A stretch of DNA of 63,957 bases, the filler included, from Octopus bimaculoides (taxonomy: Eukaryota): the NCBI RefSeq assembly GCF_001194135.2. It is 8 parts of 6 records of this genome, joined end to end, with 100 filler letters (N's around TTAATTAATTAA, not from the genome) between each part and the next. Parts side by side here need not be neighbours in the genome. Positions count along the whole stretch, not along the records: positions 24,212 to 49,959 come from NC_068989.1; positions 50,060 to 54,286 come from NC_069000.1; 6 more parts are not named here. One strand, written 5' to 3'. How positions within the stretch are numbered: position 1 is the stretch's first letter; every line of letters begins with the position of its first letter. The notes under the pieces are model-generated. The model did not search any database and was not told the DNA's origin. It worked only from the letters and a program-made list of their open reading frames with translations. This document shows positions 37,300-50,357 of this stretch, in pieces. The translations under genes were made by a program, and so were the position numbers.

Positions 37300-37720
37300 A
37301 TATGTAAACTCTTTTACTCTTTTATTTGTTTCAGTCATTTGACTGCGGCCATGCTGGAGCACCATCTTTAGTCGTGCAAATCGACCCCAGGACTTATTCT
37401 TTGTAAGCCTAGTACTTATTCTATCGGTCCGTTTTGCCGAACAGCTATTTCACGGGGACGTAAACACACCAGCATCAGTTGTCAAGCGATGTTGGGGGGA
37501 CAAACACAGACACACAAACACAGACATACAAACACACACACAAACATATATACACATATACACGACGGGCATCTTCTAGTTTCCGTCTACCAAATCCACT
37601 CACAAGGCTTTGATCAGCCCGAAGGTATAGTAGAAGACACTTACCCAAGGTGCCATGCAGTGGGACTGAACCCGGAACCATGTGGTTGGTAAGCAAGGTA
37701 CTTACCACACAGCCACACAC
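37300..37720 (-). mobile_element. SINE family A, near full length
   Basis: Head, internal microsatellite and tail all collinear with the copy at 1545-1990. Confidence 0.9.
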
Positions 37721-37731
37721 GCACACAGCCC

Positions 37732-37764
<33 letters not shown>

Positions 37765-37949
37765 CATCATAAATATAAGGGATTAGCAATTGAGTTGCTT
37801 CTCCAACATACTGAAAATTCAGAAACAGCAGTCAAAGAACTACTGATTCTAAACTACAAATTTTTCTCTAAAATGGATGGCGATATTTATGGCACACATA
37901 GAACAAAAAACCGGAGGGAAAAGCACAAACAAAACAAGCCTTTAGTTAA

Positions 37950-38012
37950 TTGGGTACGAATCGTTTCATGGTTAAGCGAACGAAAACTTCACTATTCCAA
38001 TCTTCAGCCCAA
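37950..38012 (-). ncRNA. Type I hammerhead ribozyme motif (PLE-type)
   Basis: Minus strand: UUGGG-CUGAAGA-U-UGG..AGUGAA(GUUUUCG)UUCGCU..CCA-U-GAAA-C(GAUUC)G-UA-CCCAA. GUA triplet; U.U mismatch at the stem II closing pair. Confidence 0.65.
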
Positions 38013-38539
38013 ATATTCAGCCCATCCATTTTAGAGAAAAATTTGTAGTTTAGAATCAGTAGTTCNNNNNNNNNNNNNNNNNNNNNNNNNNNNNNNNNNN
38101 NNNNNNNNNNNNNNNNNNNNNNNNNNNNNNNNNNNNNNNNNNNNNNNNNNNNNNNNNNNNNNNNNNNNNNNNNNNNNNNNNNNNNNNNNNNNNNNNNNNN
38201 NNNNNNNNNNNNNNNNNNNNNNNNNNNNNNNNNNNNNNNNNNNNNNNNNNNNNNNNNNNNNNNNNNNNNNNNNNNNNNNNNNNNNNNNNNNNNNNNNNNN
38301 NNNNNNNNNNNNNNNNNNNNNNNNNNNNNNNNNNNNNNNNNNNNNNNNNNNNNNNNNNNNNNNNNNNNNNNNNNNNNNNNNNNNNNNNNNNNNNNNNNNN
38401 NNNNNNNNNNNNNNNNNNNNNNNNNNNNNNNNNNNNNNNNNNNNNNNNNNNNNNNNNNNNNNNNNNNNNNNNNNNNNNNNNNNNNNNGCGTGCTTGTGCG
38501 TACATGTGTGCATGTGTGTGTGTGCGTTTGTTGTGTGTG

Positions 38540-38730
38540 TGTGTCTTTGTGTCTGTGTCCCTTTCCACCGGTTGACAACCGTTGTTTGTGTGTTTCCGTC
38601 CTTGTAAGCTAACGGTTTGGCCACAGACACCGATAGAATAATTCCTGTGGTCGGTTTGTTCGACTAAAACCCTCCAGGGTGGTGCCCCAGCATGGCCGCA
38701 GTCAAATGACTGAAATAAATGAAAGAAAAA
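38540..38730 (+). mobile_element. SINE family A tail
   Basis: GGTGGTGCCCCAGCATGGCCGCAGTCAAATGACTGAAA motif. Confidence 0.8.
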
Positions 38731-38748
38731 AGATAAAAGAGTACATAT

Positions 38749-38787
<39 letters not shown>

Positions 38788-39885
38788 CGCGTGTTTGTAT
38801 GTGTGTATGTGTACATTCATTCATGCATACAGGCATGTGTGAACGCAGACACATACATGTTATGTATGTTATGCACGTATGTATGTATCTTTGTACGTAT
38901 GACCGCATTTACACATCTGCGTTGTTTAGAATGAATATGCTATATAAAGCCTCCAGACGTTTTATCAGTCGCCTTCCGCCATCTTGTTTCAATATGGTCC
39001 CTACTAAAGTTCCTGTTAGTCTGCTTTTCTGGTGCGCGCTGTTTACTTTACTTTGGCGCTGGTGATGGTGGCGATGGTGTTAATAGTTGTGGTGTTGGTG
39101 GCGATGGTGTTAATAGTTGTGGTGTTGGTGGGGATGGTGTTGGTGGCGGTAGTGGCGGTGGTGGTGGTCTGCACTGTGTTTGTGGTGGTGCCATGTACTC
39201 TAGCAATGGCGGTCGGCTCTGTAGTATTGGTGATCATGTGAACTCTAGAGATGTTATCCATGTTGTTTTGAACCGCAATGCTCGATGAGAGAGATGGAGG
39301 TGGTGNNNNNNNNNNNNNNNNNNNNNNNNNNNNNNNNNNNNNNNNNNNNNNNNNNNNNNNNNNNNNNNNNNNNNNNNNNNNNNNNNNNNNNNNNNNNNNN
39401 NNNNNNNNNNNNNNNNNNNNNNNNNNNNNNNNNNNNNNNNNNNNNNNNNNNNNNNNNNNNNNNNNNNNNNNNNNNNNNNNNNNNNNNNNNNNNNNNNNNN
39501 NNNNNNNNNNNNNNNNNNNNNNNNNNNNNNNNNNNNNNNNNNNNNNNNNNNNNNNNNNNNNNNNNNNNNNNNNNNNNNNNNNNNNNNNNNNNNNNNNNNN
39601 NNNNNNNNNNNNNNNNNNNNNNNNNNNNNNNNNNNNNNNNNNNNNNNNNNNNNNNNNNNNNNNNNNNNNNNNNNNNNNNNNNNNNNNNNNNNNNNNNNNN
39701 NNNNNNNNNNNNNNNNNNNNNNNNNNNNNNNNNNNNNNNNNNNNNNNNNNNNNNNNNNNNNNNNNNNNNNNNNNNNNNNNNNNNNNNNNNNNNNNNNNNN
39801 NNNNNNNNNNNNNNNNNNNNNNNNNNNNNNNNNNNNNNNNNNNNNNNNNNNNNNNNNNNNNNNNNNNNNNNNNNNNNNNNNNNNN

Positions 39886-39890
39886 AATAA

Positions 39891-39962
<72 letters not shown>

Positions 39963-39974
39963 TAGTAGCAATAA

Positions 39975-40025
<51 letters not shown>

Positions 40026-40026
40026 C

Positions 40027-40070
<44 letters not shown>

Positions 40071-40079
40071 CAATAATAA

Positions 40080-40112
<33 letters not shown>

Positions 40113-40125
40113 CAGCAGCAGCAAC

Positions 40126-40157
<32 letters not shown>

Positions 40158-40160
40158 AGG
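39886..40160. repeat. (TAG)n/(CAG)n microsatellite
   Basis: Seen directly. Confidence 0.95.
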
Positions 40161-40604
40161 TGATGACAGTTTTAGTGATGCCGGTTGTTGTGTTAGTGGC
40201 GATTATTTACTGATTGTGCTGTTGTTGTTGTTGTTACTGTTGTTACTGGTGCTGGTGGTAGCGGCGGCGGCGGCGGCGCCGGTGGTAGCAGTGGTGGCGA
40301 TTTTACTCATTTGGTTGCTGGTGGTGGTGGTGCTGGCGGTGGTGTAACATTGTTCGTACCTGTTTGTACTGTTTGCGTTTTTTTAACCCCAGGTCAATTT
40401 TTTTCTCCTTTCCTTAACATCCACTGGTTCCCTCCAAACTTAACTTTTTATGATACTTTGCAATCACGTGGTTTCGCGTTCGGCCTCACATCATTGCATG
40501 ACACCTTAGGCAAGTGTCGTCTACCATATCCTTCATTAAAAATGTATTGGAAAGACAGGAACTGTAAGGGGATCTGTAAGGGATATATACGTATATATGT
40601 GTAT

Positions 40605-41137
40605 ATATACATATTCAAGAAGAAAGATCGGATTTCAAATTCATTTTAAAAACAAACGCATTCTACATATTTCTTGATAGAGGAAGATTTAAAGTTTATA
40701 ACTGAACATGATCAATTGAATTAAGCCTTAAATAAAATAATATTTTAAATTTTATTTTAATGTTGTATTTTGTTGATTTTATTTAAAGTTGTGTAATCCC
40801 TTAGAAAATGGCGACGCCACAAGAGAAGTCTATTTGTGTGCTGCAGTTTGAGAAATGCGATTGTGCAAATGCAACGTGAATTTTGCCGCTAATTTAGTAA
40901 AAATCCACCTCCTCACAAGCAAATTTACCAGTGGCATAAAAATTGCACAGAAAAAGGTTGCATTTGTAAAGGAAAAAGCGCCGGTGCCCATGATGCTCGT
41001 GTTGAGTGCATACGACGTTAACATAAATTTTAAACCTTCCCCAATCAAGAGACATGTAGAATGTGTTTGAGTCTCTTACCGCTTGTTTTTAAAATAAATT
41101 TTAAATCTGGTCTTTCTTTTTGAATAGCCCTGTGTAC
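40605..41137 (+). mobile_element. Internally deleted Tc1/mariner-superfamily element
   Basis: N-terminal remnant MATPQEKSICVLQFEK...VQREF...KNPPPHKQIYQWHK...GCICKGKS. Right TIR (reverse complement TACACAGGGCTATTCAAAAAGAAAGACCAGATTT) with a degenerate left partner near 40607. Confidence 0.75.
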
Positions 41138-42167
41138 ATATNNNNNNNNNNNNNNNNNNNNNNNNNNNNNNNNNNNNNNNNNNNNNNNNNNNNNNNNNNN
41201 NNNNNNNNNNNNNNNNNNNNNNNNNNNNNNNNNNNNNNNNNNNNNNNNNNNNNNNNNNNNNNNNNNNNNNNNNNNNNNNNNNNNNNNNNNNNNNNNNNNN
41301 NNNNNNNNNNNNNNNNNNNNNNNNNNNNNNNNNNNNNNNNNNNNNNNNNNNNNNNNNNNNNNNNNNNNNNNNNNNNNNNNNNNNNNNNNNNNNNNNNNNN
41401 NNNNNNNNNNNNNNNNNNNNNNNNNNNNNNNNNNNNNNNNNNNNNNNNNNNNNNNNNNNNNNNNNNNNNNNNNNNNNNNNNNNNNNNNNNNNNNNNNNNN
41501 NNNNNNNNNNNNNNNNNNNNNNNNNNNNNNNNNNNNNNNNNNNNNNNNNNNNNNNNNNNNNNNNNNNNNNNNNNNNNNNNNNNNNNNNNNNNNNNNNNNN
41601 NNNNNNNNNNNNNNNNNNNNNNNNNNNNNNNNNNNNNNNNNNNNNNNNNNNNNNNNNNNNNNNNNNNNNNNNNNNNNNNNNNNNNNNNNNNNNNNNNNNN
41701 NNNNNNNNNNNNNNNNNNNNNNNNNNNNNNNNNNNNNNNNNNNNNNNNNNNNNNNNNNNNNNNNNNNNNNNNNNNNNNNNNNNNATATATATATATATAT
41801 ATACATATATATATGTATGTATATATGTATTTATGTAAGTATGTATGTATGTATGTATGTATGTATGTATAAAGATTTGTTCAACGAAAAGATGGAAAAA
41901 CGTCTTTAATTACAATTTACATCTGTTTCTGTGCCCGCACACCAGTTTTAAGTTGCTAATTTTTCATTCTCTTATTATTGCATAAGATTATTCTATAAAT
42001 AGTTACATAAATAATTAATTCACCAACAGCCGTGTCGTTACATTATCGAGTGTATATACATATATATATATATAAAACTTACTTGGAAATAGATGCATGG
42101 CGTTCGATCATATAATAATATGAATAATATATAAATATATGTATATACATACATATATGTACATACC

Positions 42168-42205
<38 letters not shown>

Positions 42206-42779
42206 NNNNNNNNNNNNNNNNNNNNNNNNNNNNNNNNNNNNNNNNNNNNNNNNNNNNNNNNNNNNNNNNNNNNNNNNNNNNNNNNNNNNNNNNNNNNNNN
42301 NNNNNNNNNNNNNNNNNNNNNNNNNNNNNNNNNNNNNNNNNNNNNNNNNNNNNNNNNNNNNNNNNNNNNNNNNNNNNNNNNNNNNNNNNNNNNNNNNNNN
42401 NNNNNNNNNNNNNNNNNNNNNNNNNNNNNNNNNNNNNNNNNNNNNNNNNNNNNNNNNNNNNNNNNNNNNNNNNNNNNNNNNNNNNNNNNNNNNNNNNNNN
42501 NNNNNNNNNNNNNNNNNNNNNNNNNNNNNNNNNNNNNNNNNNNNNNNNNNNNNNNNNNNNNNNNNNNNNNNNNNNNNNNNNNNNNNNNNNNNNNNNNNNN
42601 NNNNNNNNNNNNNNNNNNNNNNNNNNNNNNNNNNNNNNNNNNNNNNNNNNNNNNNNNNNNNNNNNNNNNNNNNNNNNNNNNNNNNNNNNNNNNNNNNNNN
42701 NNNNNNNNNNNNNNNNNNNNNNNNNNNNNNNNNNNNNNNNNNNNNNNNNNNNNNNNNNCGTATATATGTATATGTATAT

Positions 42780-43010
42780 ATATGTGTGTTTGTGTGTCTG
42801 TGTTTGTCCCCAACATCGCTTGACAACCGATGCTGGTGCGTTTACGCCCCTGTAACTTAGCGGTTCGGCAAAAGAGCGCCGATAGAATAAGTACTATGCT
42901 TACAAAGAATAAGTTCTGGGGTCGATTTGCTCGACTAAAGGGCGATGCTCCAGCATGGCCGCAGTCAAATGACTGAAACAAGTAAAAGTGTAAAAGAGTA
43001 AAAGAGTATA
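42780..43010 (+). mobile_element. SINE family A body and tail
   Basis: High identity to 14688-14945 (reverse complement). Confidence 0.9.
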
Positions 43011-43625
43011 AGAATATAACAGGAATTTTTTCAACATTGCGATCCGGTGGCGTAAAACTGGAATGAAAGGTGTCCATGGGTAAAAAAAAAAAAAGGTGGG
43101 GGCTGACACCCACTGCAATAGATAATGTCGATAAAGAAGCTAGGTTACACTAAATAGTGTAGGTATAATAGCAATGCATAATCTAGTTGTTGCTAAACTT
43201 TGCCTGAAAGCTTGAAAGCTAGACAGGATGGTCGCGGAAGGAATATTTTCAATCAAAAACAACAACAGCAATGACGACGGCGGGAGATAATATTAATGTA
43301 AATATTTTTGAGTAACTGAGAGCAGTTATGTGTATGAAAGAGAGTTAAATGGAATGGAAATAATTTTGTTTCACAATGAAGGACGCCATTTTGTTTCACT
43401 TGACGTTTGTAGTTTTTCCGCCATAGAAGTGCATATGTCGGCTGATAGTGCCATCTATCGGCAGATAGTGCCAGCAGTCTTATCAAGTGGGGAGCCAATT
43501 ATAGGTTTGTTTATTTATTGTTCCTACCTCATTGAACTCTTGAGAGAAACCTGTGGAATAAAGATGAAAGATTTACATTGTGTAAGTCAAATATATAGAG
43601 AGATAGAGAATCAAACACACAAACA

Positions 43626-43656
<31 letters not shown>

Positions 43657-44209
43657 GCACACATATGAAGATTACAGACATGTACACCACACACGCACAC
43701 ATATATTCGACTACACAAAAGGAGACAAGAGCAAGGATAAATTCACATATACACAACGTGAATTACGGGTATATATACACACACACATACACACACACAC
43801 ACGCATAATACATGCGCATACACACATGCTCACACATAACACACACGCGCATACACGCATGCTCACACATAACACACACGCGCATACGAACACACACGCG
43901 CATACACACACAACACACGCGCGCATGTGAACATACATACACACATATACACACACACACATATACACACACACACATAACACATGCTCACACATAACGC
44001 ACATGCGCATACGAACACACACACACACATAACACATGCGCATACACACATTTCGCACGCGCATACGAACACACACACACACAGACACACACCGGCATAA
44101 CACGCGCAGACATACATACACACACATAACACACACGCACATGCGAACATACATACACACACACACATATTCTAGCTTCTATTTATTCTTGTATTTTTGT
44201 TCTATTTCA

Positions 44210-44470
44210 ACTTACTCTTTTACTTGTTTCAGTTATTTGAGTGTGACACACGCAGACACACAAACATATACACACACACACATATATATATATATACATA
44301 CATATATACGACGGGCTTTTTTCAGTTTCCGTATACCAAATCCACTCACAAGGCTTTGGTCGGCTCGAGGCTATAGTAGAAGACTCTTGCCCAAGGTGCC
44401 ACGCAGTGGGACTGAACCCGGGACCATGTGGTTAGTAAGCAAGCTACTTACCACACAGCCACTCCTGCGC
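44210..44470 (-). mobile_element. SINE family A, internally deleted
   Basis: Intact head at 44305-44470 plus a short tail piece. Confidence 0.85.
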
Positions 44471-44499
44471 CCCTTTATTCAAATCTTCCACTTCTCACG

Positions 44500-44935
44500 G
44501 TTTTAGCGCGTCGGACAAAATGCCTAGCTGTATTTAAGTTATGGCGCTTTACATTCCGAGTTCAAATCGCACCGAGTTATTCTTTTTTCTTTTTCTTTTT
44601 CTTTTTTCTTCTTTTGTTTTCATCCTTCTGGGGTCGATAAAATAAAGTACCAGTCATGCAATGGGATTCATGTCATCGACTAACATCCTTCCCTCACACT
44701 TACAAGTCTTGTACGGAATTTTACGATGTGATGGCGAAAACTTGTGCGTCGAACAAAATGTTTAACGGTATTTCCTCCAGCTTCGCACTTTGAATTCAAA
44801 CTCGGCCGAGGTCGACTTTGCCTTCGGTCCCTTTGCGGTCGATAAAATAAGTAAAACAAGTTAAGCAATGGGGTCGATAATATTCGCTAGATCCTTCCCC
44901 ACCAAATTCCAGACCTTGCGTCTAGAGAAGAAACG
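44500..44935 (+). mobile_element. Two tandem SINE family B copies
   Basis: Two occurrences of the GAGTTCAAA...GGGGTCGATAAAATAAG core. Confidence 0.75.
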
Positions 44936-44936
<1 letters not shown>

Positions 44937-44990
<54 letters not shown>

Positions 44991-45273
44991 TATGTTTGAC
45001 TTTTGTTTTGCATTTGTACAAGTTGGATCCAAGTCTCACCCAGAGACCTCAAGAGACAACAAGTTAGAAGTTCATGTAGGTGTTATGCCTAGGGTACCAT
45101 ATATTTGGATTTGTACAGTTTTGTTCAAGTGAATGTTTAAGAAACCATAAGAAAATTGTTTGCTTTAAAATTTGAGATCACATAGACAGTATTTTACGTA
45201 GGATATGGGCAGTTCCCATGAGCACTATCTTTTGAACTTCAGCGATTTTGGGGTTTCCTGGAATCTGATCTAG
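44937..45273 (-). mobile_element. 3' end of a Dong/R4-like non-LTR element with (TAA)n tail
   Basis: LDQIPGNPKIAEVQKIVLMGTAHILRKILSM*, about 190 nt of 3' UTR, then (TAA)n. Confidence 0.8.
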
Positions 45274-46062
45274 NNNNNNNNNNNNNNNNNNNNNNNNNNN
45301 NNNNNNNNNNNNNNNNNNNNNNNNNNNNNNNNNNNNNNNNNNNNNNNNNNNNNNNNNNNNNNNNNNNNNNNNNNNNNNNNNNNNNNNNNNNNNNNNNNNN
45401 NNNNNNNNNNNNNNNNNNNNNNNNNNNNNNNNNNNNNNNNNNNNNNNNNNNNNNNNNNNNNNNNNNNNNNNNNNNNNNNNNNNNNNNNNNNNNNNNNNNN
45501 NNNNNNNNNNNNNNNNNNNNNNNNNNNNNNNNNNNNNNNNNNNNNNNNNNNNNNNNNNNNNNNNNNNNNNNNNNNNNNNNNNNNNNNNNNNNNNNNNNNN
45601 NNNNNNNNNNNNNNNNNNNNNNNNNNNNNNNNNNNNNNNNNNNNNNNNNNNNNNNNNNNNNNNNNNNNNNNNNNNNNNNNNNNNNNNNNNNNNNNNNNNN
45701 NNNNNNNNNNNNNNNNNNNNNNNNNNNNNNNNNNNNNNNNNNNNNNNNNNNNNNNNNNNNNNNNNNNNNNNNNNNNNNNNNNNNNNNNNNNNNNNNNNNN
45801 NNNNNNNNNNNNNNNNNNNNNNNNNNNNNNNNNNNNNNNNNNNNNNNNNNNNNNNNNNNNNNNNNNNNNNNNNNNNNNNNNNNNNNNNNNNNNNNNNNNN
45901 NNNNNNNNNNNNNNNNNNNNNNNNNNNNNNNNNNNNNNNNNNNNNNNNNNNNNNNNNNNNNNNNNNNNNNNNNNNNNNNNNNNNNNNNNNNNNNNNNNNN
46001 NNNNNNNNNNNNNNNNNNNNNNNNNNNNNNNNNNNNNNNNNNNNNNNNNNNNNNNNNNNNNN

Positions 46063-46103
<41 letters not shown>

Positions 46104-46104
46104 T

Positions 46105-46318
46105 AAGGTGGTGGGCTGGCAGAATTGTTAGCACACAGGACGAAACGCTTAGTGATATTTCACCTGTCGCTACGTTCTGAGTTCAAATTCCACCGAGGTC
46201 GACTTTGCCTTTTGTCTTTTCGGGGTCGATAAATTAAGTACCAGTGAAACACTGGAGTCGATGAAATCCACTGTTCCCCTTCCCCCAAATTTCAGGCCTT
46301 GTGCCTATAGTAGAAAGG

Positions 46319-46350
<32 letters not shown>

Positions 46351-46475
46351 TATTAAGACAGTGAGTTGGCAGAAAAGTTAGCACGCTGGGCAAGATGCTT
46401 GGTGGTATTTACTCTGTCGCTACAGTCTGAGTTCAAATTCCGCTGAAGTAGACTTTAACTTTTGTCGACTTTTAT
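46105..46475 (+). mobile_element. SINE family B, one full and one partial copy in (TTA)n
   Basis: Shared core; flanked by (TTA)n. Confidence 0.85.
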
Positions 46476-46612
46476 TATTATTATTATTATTATGTTATTT
46501 TTTTTTTCTTCTTTCTTCAAATTTTCTTCCATTTCTTGCTGAGTGTTTTCCGTACACCTAGGGCAGAGAAGCTCATTGTATGCATTCTCAGTTTACACAC
46601 GCAAATTCACAG

Positions 46613-46677
<65 letters not shown>

Positions 46678-47387
46678 NNNNNNNNNNNNNNNNNNNNNNN
46701 NNNNNNNNNNNNNNNNNNNNNNNNNNNNNNNNNNNNNNNNNNNNNNNNNNNNNNNNNNNNNNNNNNNNNNNNNNNNNNNNNNNNNNNNNNNNNNNNNNNN
46801 NNNNNNNNNNNNNNNNNNNNNNNNNNNNNNNNNNNNNNNNNNNNNNNNNNNNNNNNNNNNNNNNNNNNNNNNNNNNNNNNNNNNNNNNNNNNNNNNNNNN
46901 NNNNNNNNNNNNNNNNNNNNNNNNNNNNNNNNNNNNNNNNNNNNNNNNNNNNNNNNNNNNNNNNNNNNNNNNNNNNNNNNNNNNNNNNNNNNNNNNNNNN
47001 NNNNNNNNNNNNNNNNNNNNNNNNNNNNNNNNNNNNNNNNNNNNNNNNNNNNNNNNNNNNNNNNNNNNNNNNNNNNNNNNNNNNNNNNNNNNNNNNNNNN
47101 NNNNNNNNNNNNNNNNNNNNNNNNNNNNNNNNNNNNNNNNNNNNNNNNNNNNNNNNNNNNNNNNNNNNNNNNNNNNNNNNNNNNNNNNNNNNNNNNNNNN
47201 NNNNNNNNNNNNNNNNNNNNNNNNNNNNNNNNNNNNNNNNNNNNNNNNNNNNNNNNNNNNNNNNNNNNNNNNNNNNNNNNNNNNNNNNNNNNNNNNNNNN
47301 NNNNNNNNNNNNNNNNNNNNNNNNNNNNNNNNNNNNNNNNNNNNNNNNNNGACGTTGATGGTGACGATATTATCATTATTATTATTA

Positions 47388-47461
<74 letters not shown>

Positions 47462-47769
47462 TCTTCTTTCAATTTTATTTCCACTTCTTGCCAGTTAAAA
47501 CAATCTTACGCACTTTTCAAATAATTTTTAGTCCCTGTTTTGATCACTGTTATTGTAATCACCTTTCCACATTGTCTTCCGTTTCAATGAGTGTATATCT
47601 TTATATTTTGGGCTTGTCAAATTCTTTTGCAGAAATATTATGATCATGAGAGATTCTCAAGGCGATCAGTAAACTGACAATATCTGATTTATTAACTTCG
47701 GTGCACTGTCTGTGTGCACTGAAATGTCAACAGAATCGTTACATTTTCTCCCTTTATTTCAGTTTCAGG

Positions 47770-48260
47770 GCGTAAAGTGCTTTCAAATCTTGTATTTTGG
47801 AGCAAACTTTTTGTACGGGACAGAAGCATGGGCTCCCTACTACAGACACATAACGAAACTAGAAACCTTTCACATGTGTTGTCTGCCCAATATCTGCAAC
47901 ACAAAATGGCAAGATAAGATATCAAATGTCAAAATTTTAGACAAATGTGTTATCTCCAGTATCGAAAACAGACGGTTGAGAATTCAGTGCAGATGGGCAG
48001 GACATGTTTTCGAATGCAAGACGATCGCATTCCAAGAATTCTTTTGCATGGTCAACAATTTGAGGGATTCCGCGGTAAAGGAAAACCCATCCTTAAGTAT
48101 AACGATAAGCCGAAACAATCAATTAAAATTCTTGCGGATTGATTTAACAACTTGGGAAGGTTTATTGCCGAGATCAATTTGAGTGGCGTAAAATATGTCC
48201 ATGGGGCAAGAAAACAATTTGAGTTGAAGAAACAGAACAATAACAGAATATGTCAAGGGA
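47770..48260 (+). pseudogene. RTE-clade LINE ORF 3' part, frameshifted
   Basis: FLYGTEAWAPYYRHITKLETFHMCCL..I...KWQDKISN..IL...RWAGHVF-RMQDDRIPR matches the post-RT region of RTE elements. Confidence 0.88.
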
Positions 48261-48465
48261 CATATTGGTCCGATCCCAGGCAAAATTAAAATCATCAGTG
48301 TCCCCACTGTGACTTCATAACAAAATCCGTCCCCGCATTCAAATTACATTCACGCATCCGTCGCAAATAGAAGCAGCTTCTTTCACTTTACGTCCTGTTT
48401 TCTTTGTTGGTTTTTTTTATAAAGTTCTTTCTTTCAAACACACGTCGAAATGGACGAGAGTGACT

Positions 48466-48598
48466 ATCATCATCATCATCATCATCATCGTCATCATCAT
48501 CATCATCATCATCATCATCGTCATCATCATCATCATCGTCATTACCATCATCATCGTCATCATTGTCGTCGTCATCATCATCATCATCATCATCATCG

Positions 48599-48630
<32 letters not shown>

Positions 48631-48664
48631 GTCATTACCATCATCATCGTCATCATCGTCGTCG

Positions 48665-48699
<35 letters not shown>

Positions 48700-48764
48700 G
48701 TCATCATCATCATCATCGTCGTCGTCGTCGTCATCANNNNNNNNNNTCATCATCATCATCATCG

Positions 48765-48811
<47 letters not shown>

Positions 48812-48845
48812 GTCATTACCATCATCATCGTCATCATCGTCGTCG

Positions 48846-48880
<35 letters not shown>

Positions 48881-48920
48881 GTCATCATCATCATCATCGT
48901 CGTCGTCGTCGTCATCATTA
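48466..48920. repeat. (TCA/TCG)n microsatellite with higher-order repetition
   Basis: The marker ...CGTCATTACCATCATCATCGTC... recurs three times. Confidence 0.9.
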
Positions 48921-48924
48921 TTAC

Positions 48925-49330
48925 TAAGGCGATGAGCTAGCAGAATCGTTAAGACGTCTTCACACTCTGAGTTCAAATTCCGCCGAGGTCGATTTTGCCA
49001 TTCATCGTTTCGGAGTCGATAAATTAAGTACCAGTTACGCACTGGGATCGATGTAATCGACTGAATCCCCTCCAAATTTCAGGCCTAATGACTATAATAG
49101 AAAGGATTGTGATGAGAGCGGCGAGCTAGCAGAAACGTTAACATGCCGGGCGAAATGCTTAGCGGTATTTCGTCTGCCGCTACGTTCTCAGTTCAAATTC
49201 CGCCGAGGTCGACTTTGCCTTTCATCCTTTCGGGGTCGATAAATTAAGTACCAGTTAAGCACTGGAGTCGATCTAATCGACTTAATCCCCTCCTCCAAGC
49301 TGCCCTTGAGACAAAAATTTAAAATCATTA
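48925..49330 (+). mobile_element. Two tandem SINE family B copies
   Basis: Both start GGCGA.GAGCTAGCAGAA and carry the shared core. Confidence 0.88.
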
Positions 49331-49911
49331 TTATTGGGCTTTATTCTGTGTTCTAGACCTCAGAGAGTTCTTTCCTTCACGCTGTATGCATGGTTGGAAA
49401 CCAAGTACCACACAGTCACGCTTCTGTCTGTATTTCTCTACGCTTTCTCTCTTTTTTTTTTCTGACGAAGGATTTACGTCCGATAAACTATAGCCATTTC
49501 TTTCTTTATATTTTTTCCACTGTGCTCTTTGTTCGTTTTTAACATTTGTGTGTGTGCGTGTGTGTGTGTGAGTATGTGTGTGCTGTGTGTGTTTACATAT
49601 GCGTTTATGTGTTTGTATGTGTGTTTGTGTGTTGTGTGTGTGTGTGTTTCTATGTGTGAGCGTGTGTATGTTTGTGTCTTTATGTGTGTTTGTGTGTGCG
49701 TGTTGTGAGTATGCGCGTATTTTGCTTGTGTGTGTGTGTGTGTTTGTATGTTTGAGTGTGTGTGCTTGTGTGTGTGTGTGTTGTATGTTGAGTTTGTGTG
49801 TGTGTTGTGTGTGTGTTGAGTTTGTGTGTGTGTTGTGTGTTTATATGTGTGAGTGTGTGTTTGTGTGTTTGTTTGTGCATGTGTGTAATTATTGTGTGTG
49901 TGTGTGTTGTG

Positions 49912-49959
<48 letters not shown>

Positions 49960-50059
49960 NNNNNNNNNNNNNNNNNNNNNNNNNNNNNNNNNNNNNNNNN
50001 NNNTTAATTAATTAANNNNNNNNNNNNNNNNNNNNNNNNNNNNNNNNNNNNNNNNNNNN

Positions 50060-50114
<55 letters not shown>

Positions 50115-50282
50115 TAAGCATGATTTATTTCTCTCACTTTCGGTTTGGACGCACTACCTTTTTTCTCTTGTCTTTCTCACTACCACAGTCTGTCTCCGTC
50201 TCTCTGCCTAATCACCAGCTCTCTGTCTCACTCTCTCTTTTTACCATGGTCTATGTCTATGCCTGTTTGTCCGTCTTATCTA

Positions 50283-50357
<75 letters not shown>

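Noticed and set aside
39032-39261. Thr-rich mucin-like ORF
   Set aside because: Derived from a cryptic (GGT)n tract with a 30-nt duplication; no signal peptide or splice support.
48925-49330. Tandem repeats with spacers superficially like a CRISPR array
   Set aside because: These are SINE copies and minisatellites in eukaryotic DNA; no regular repeat-spacer period and no cas genes.
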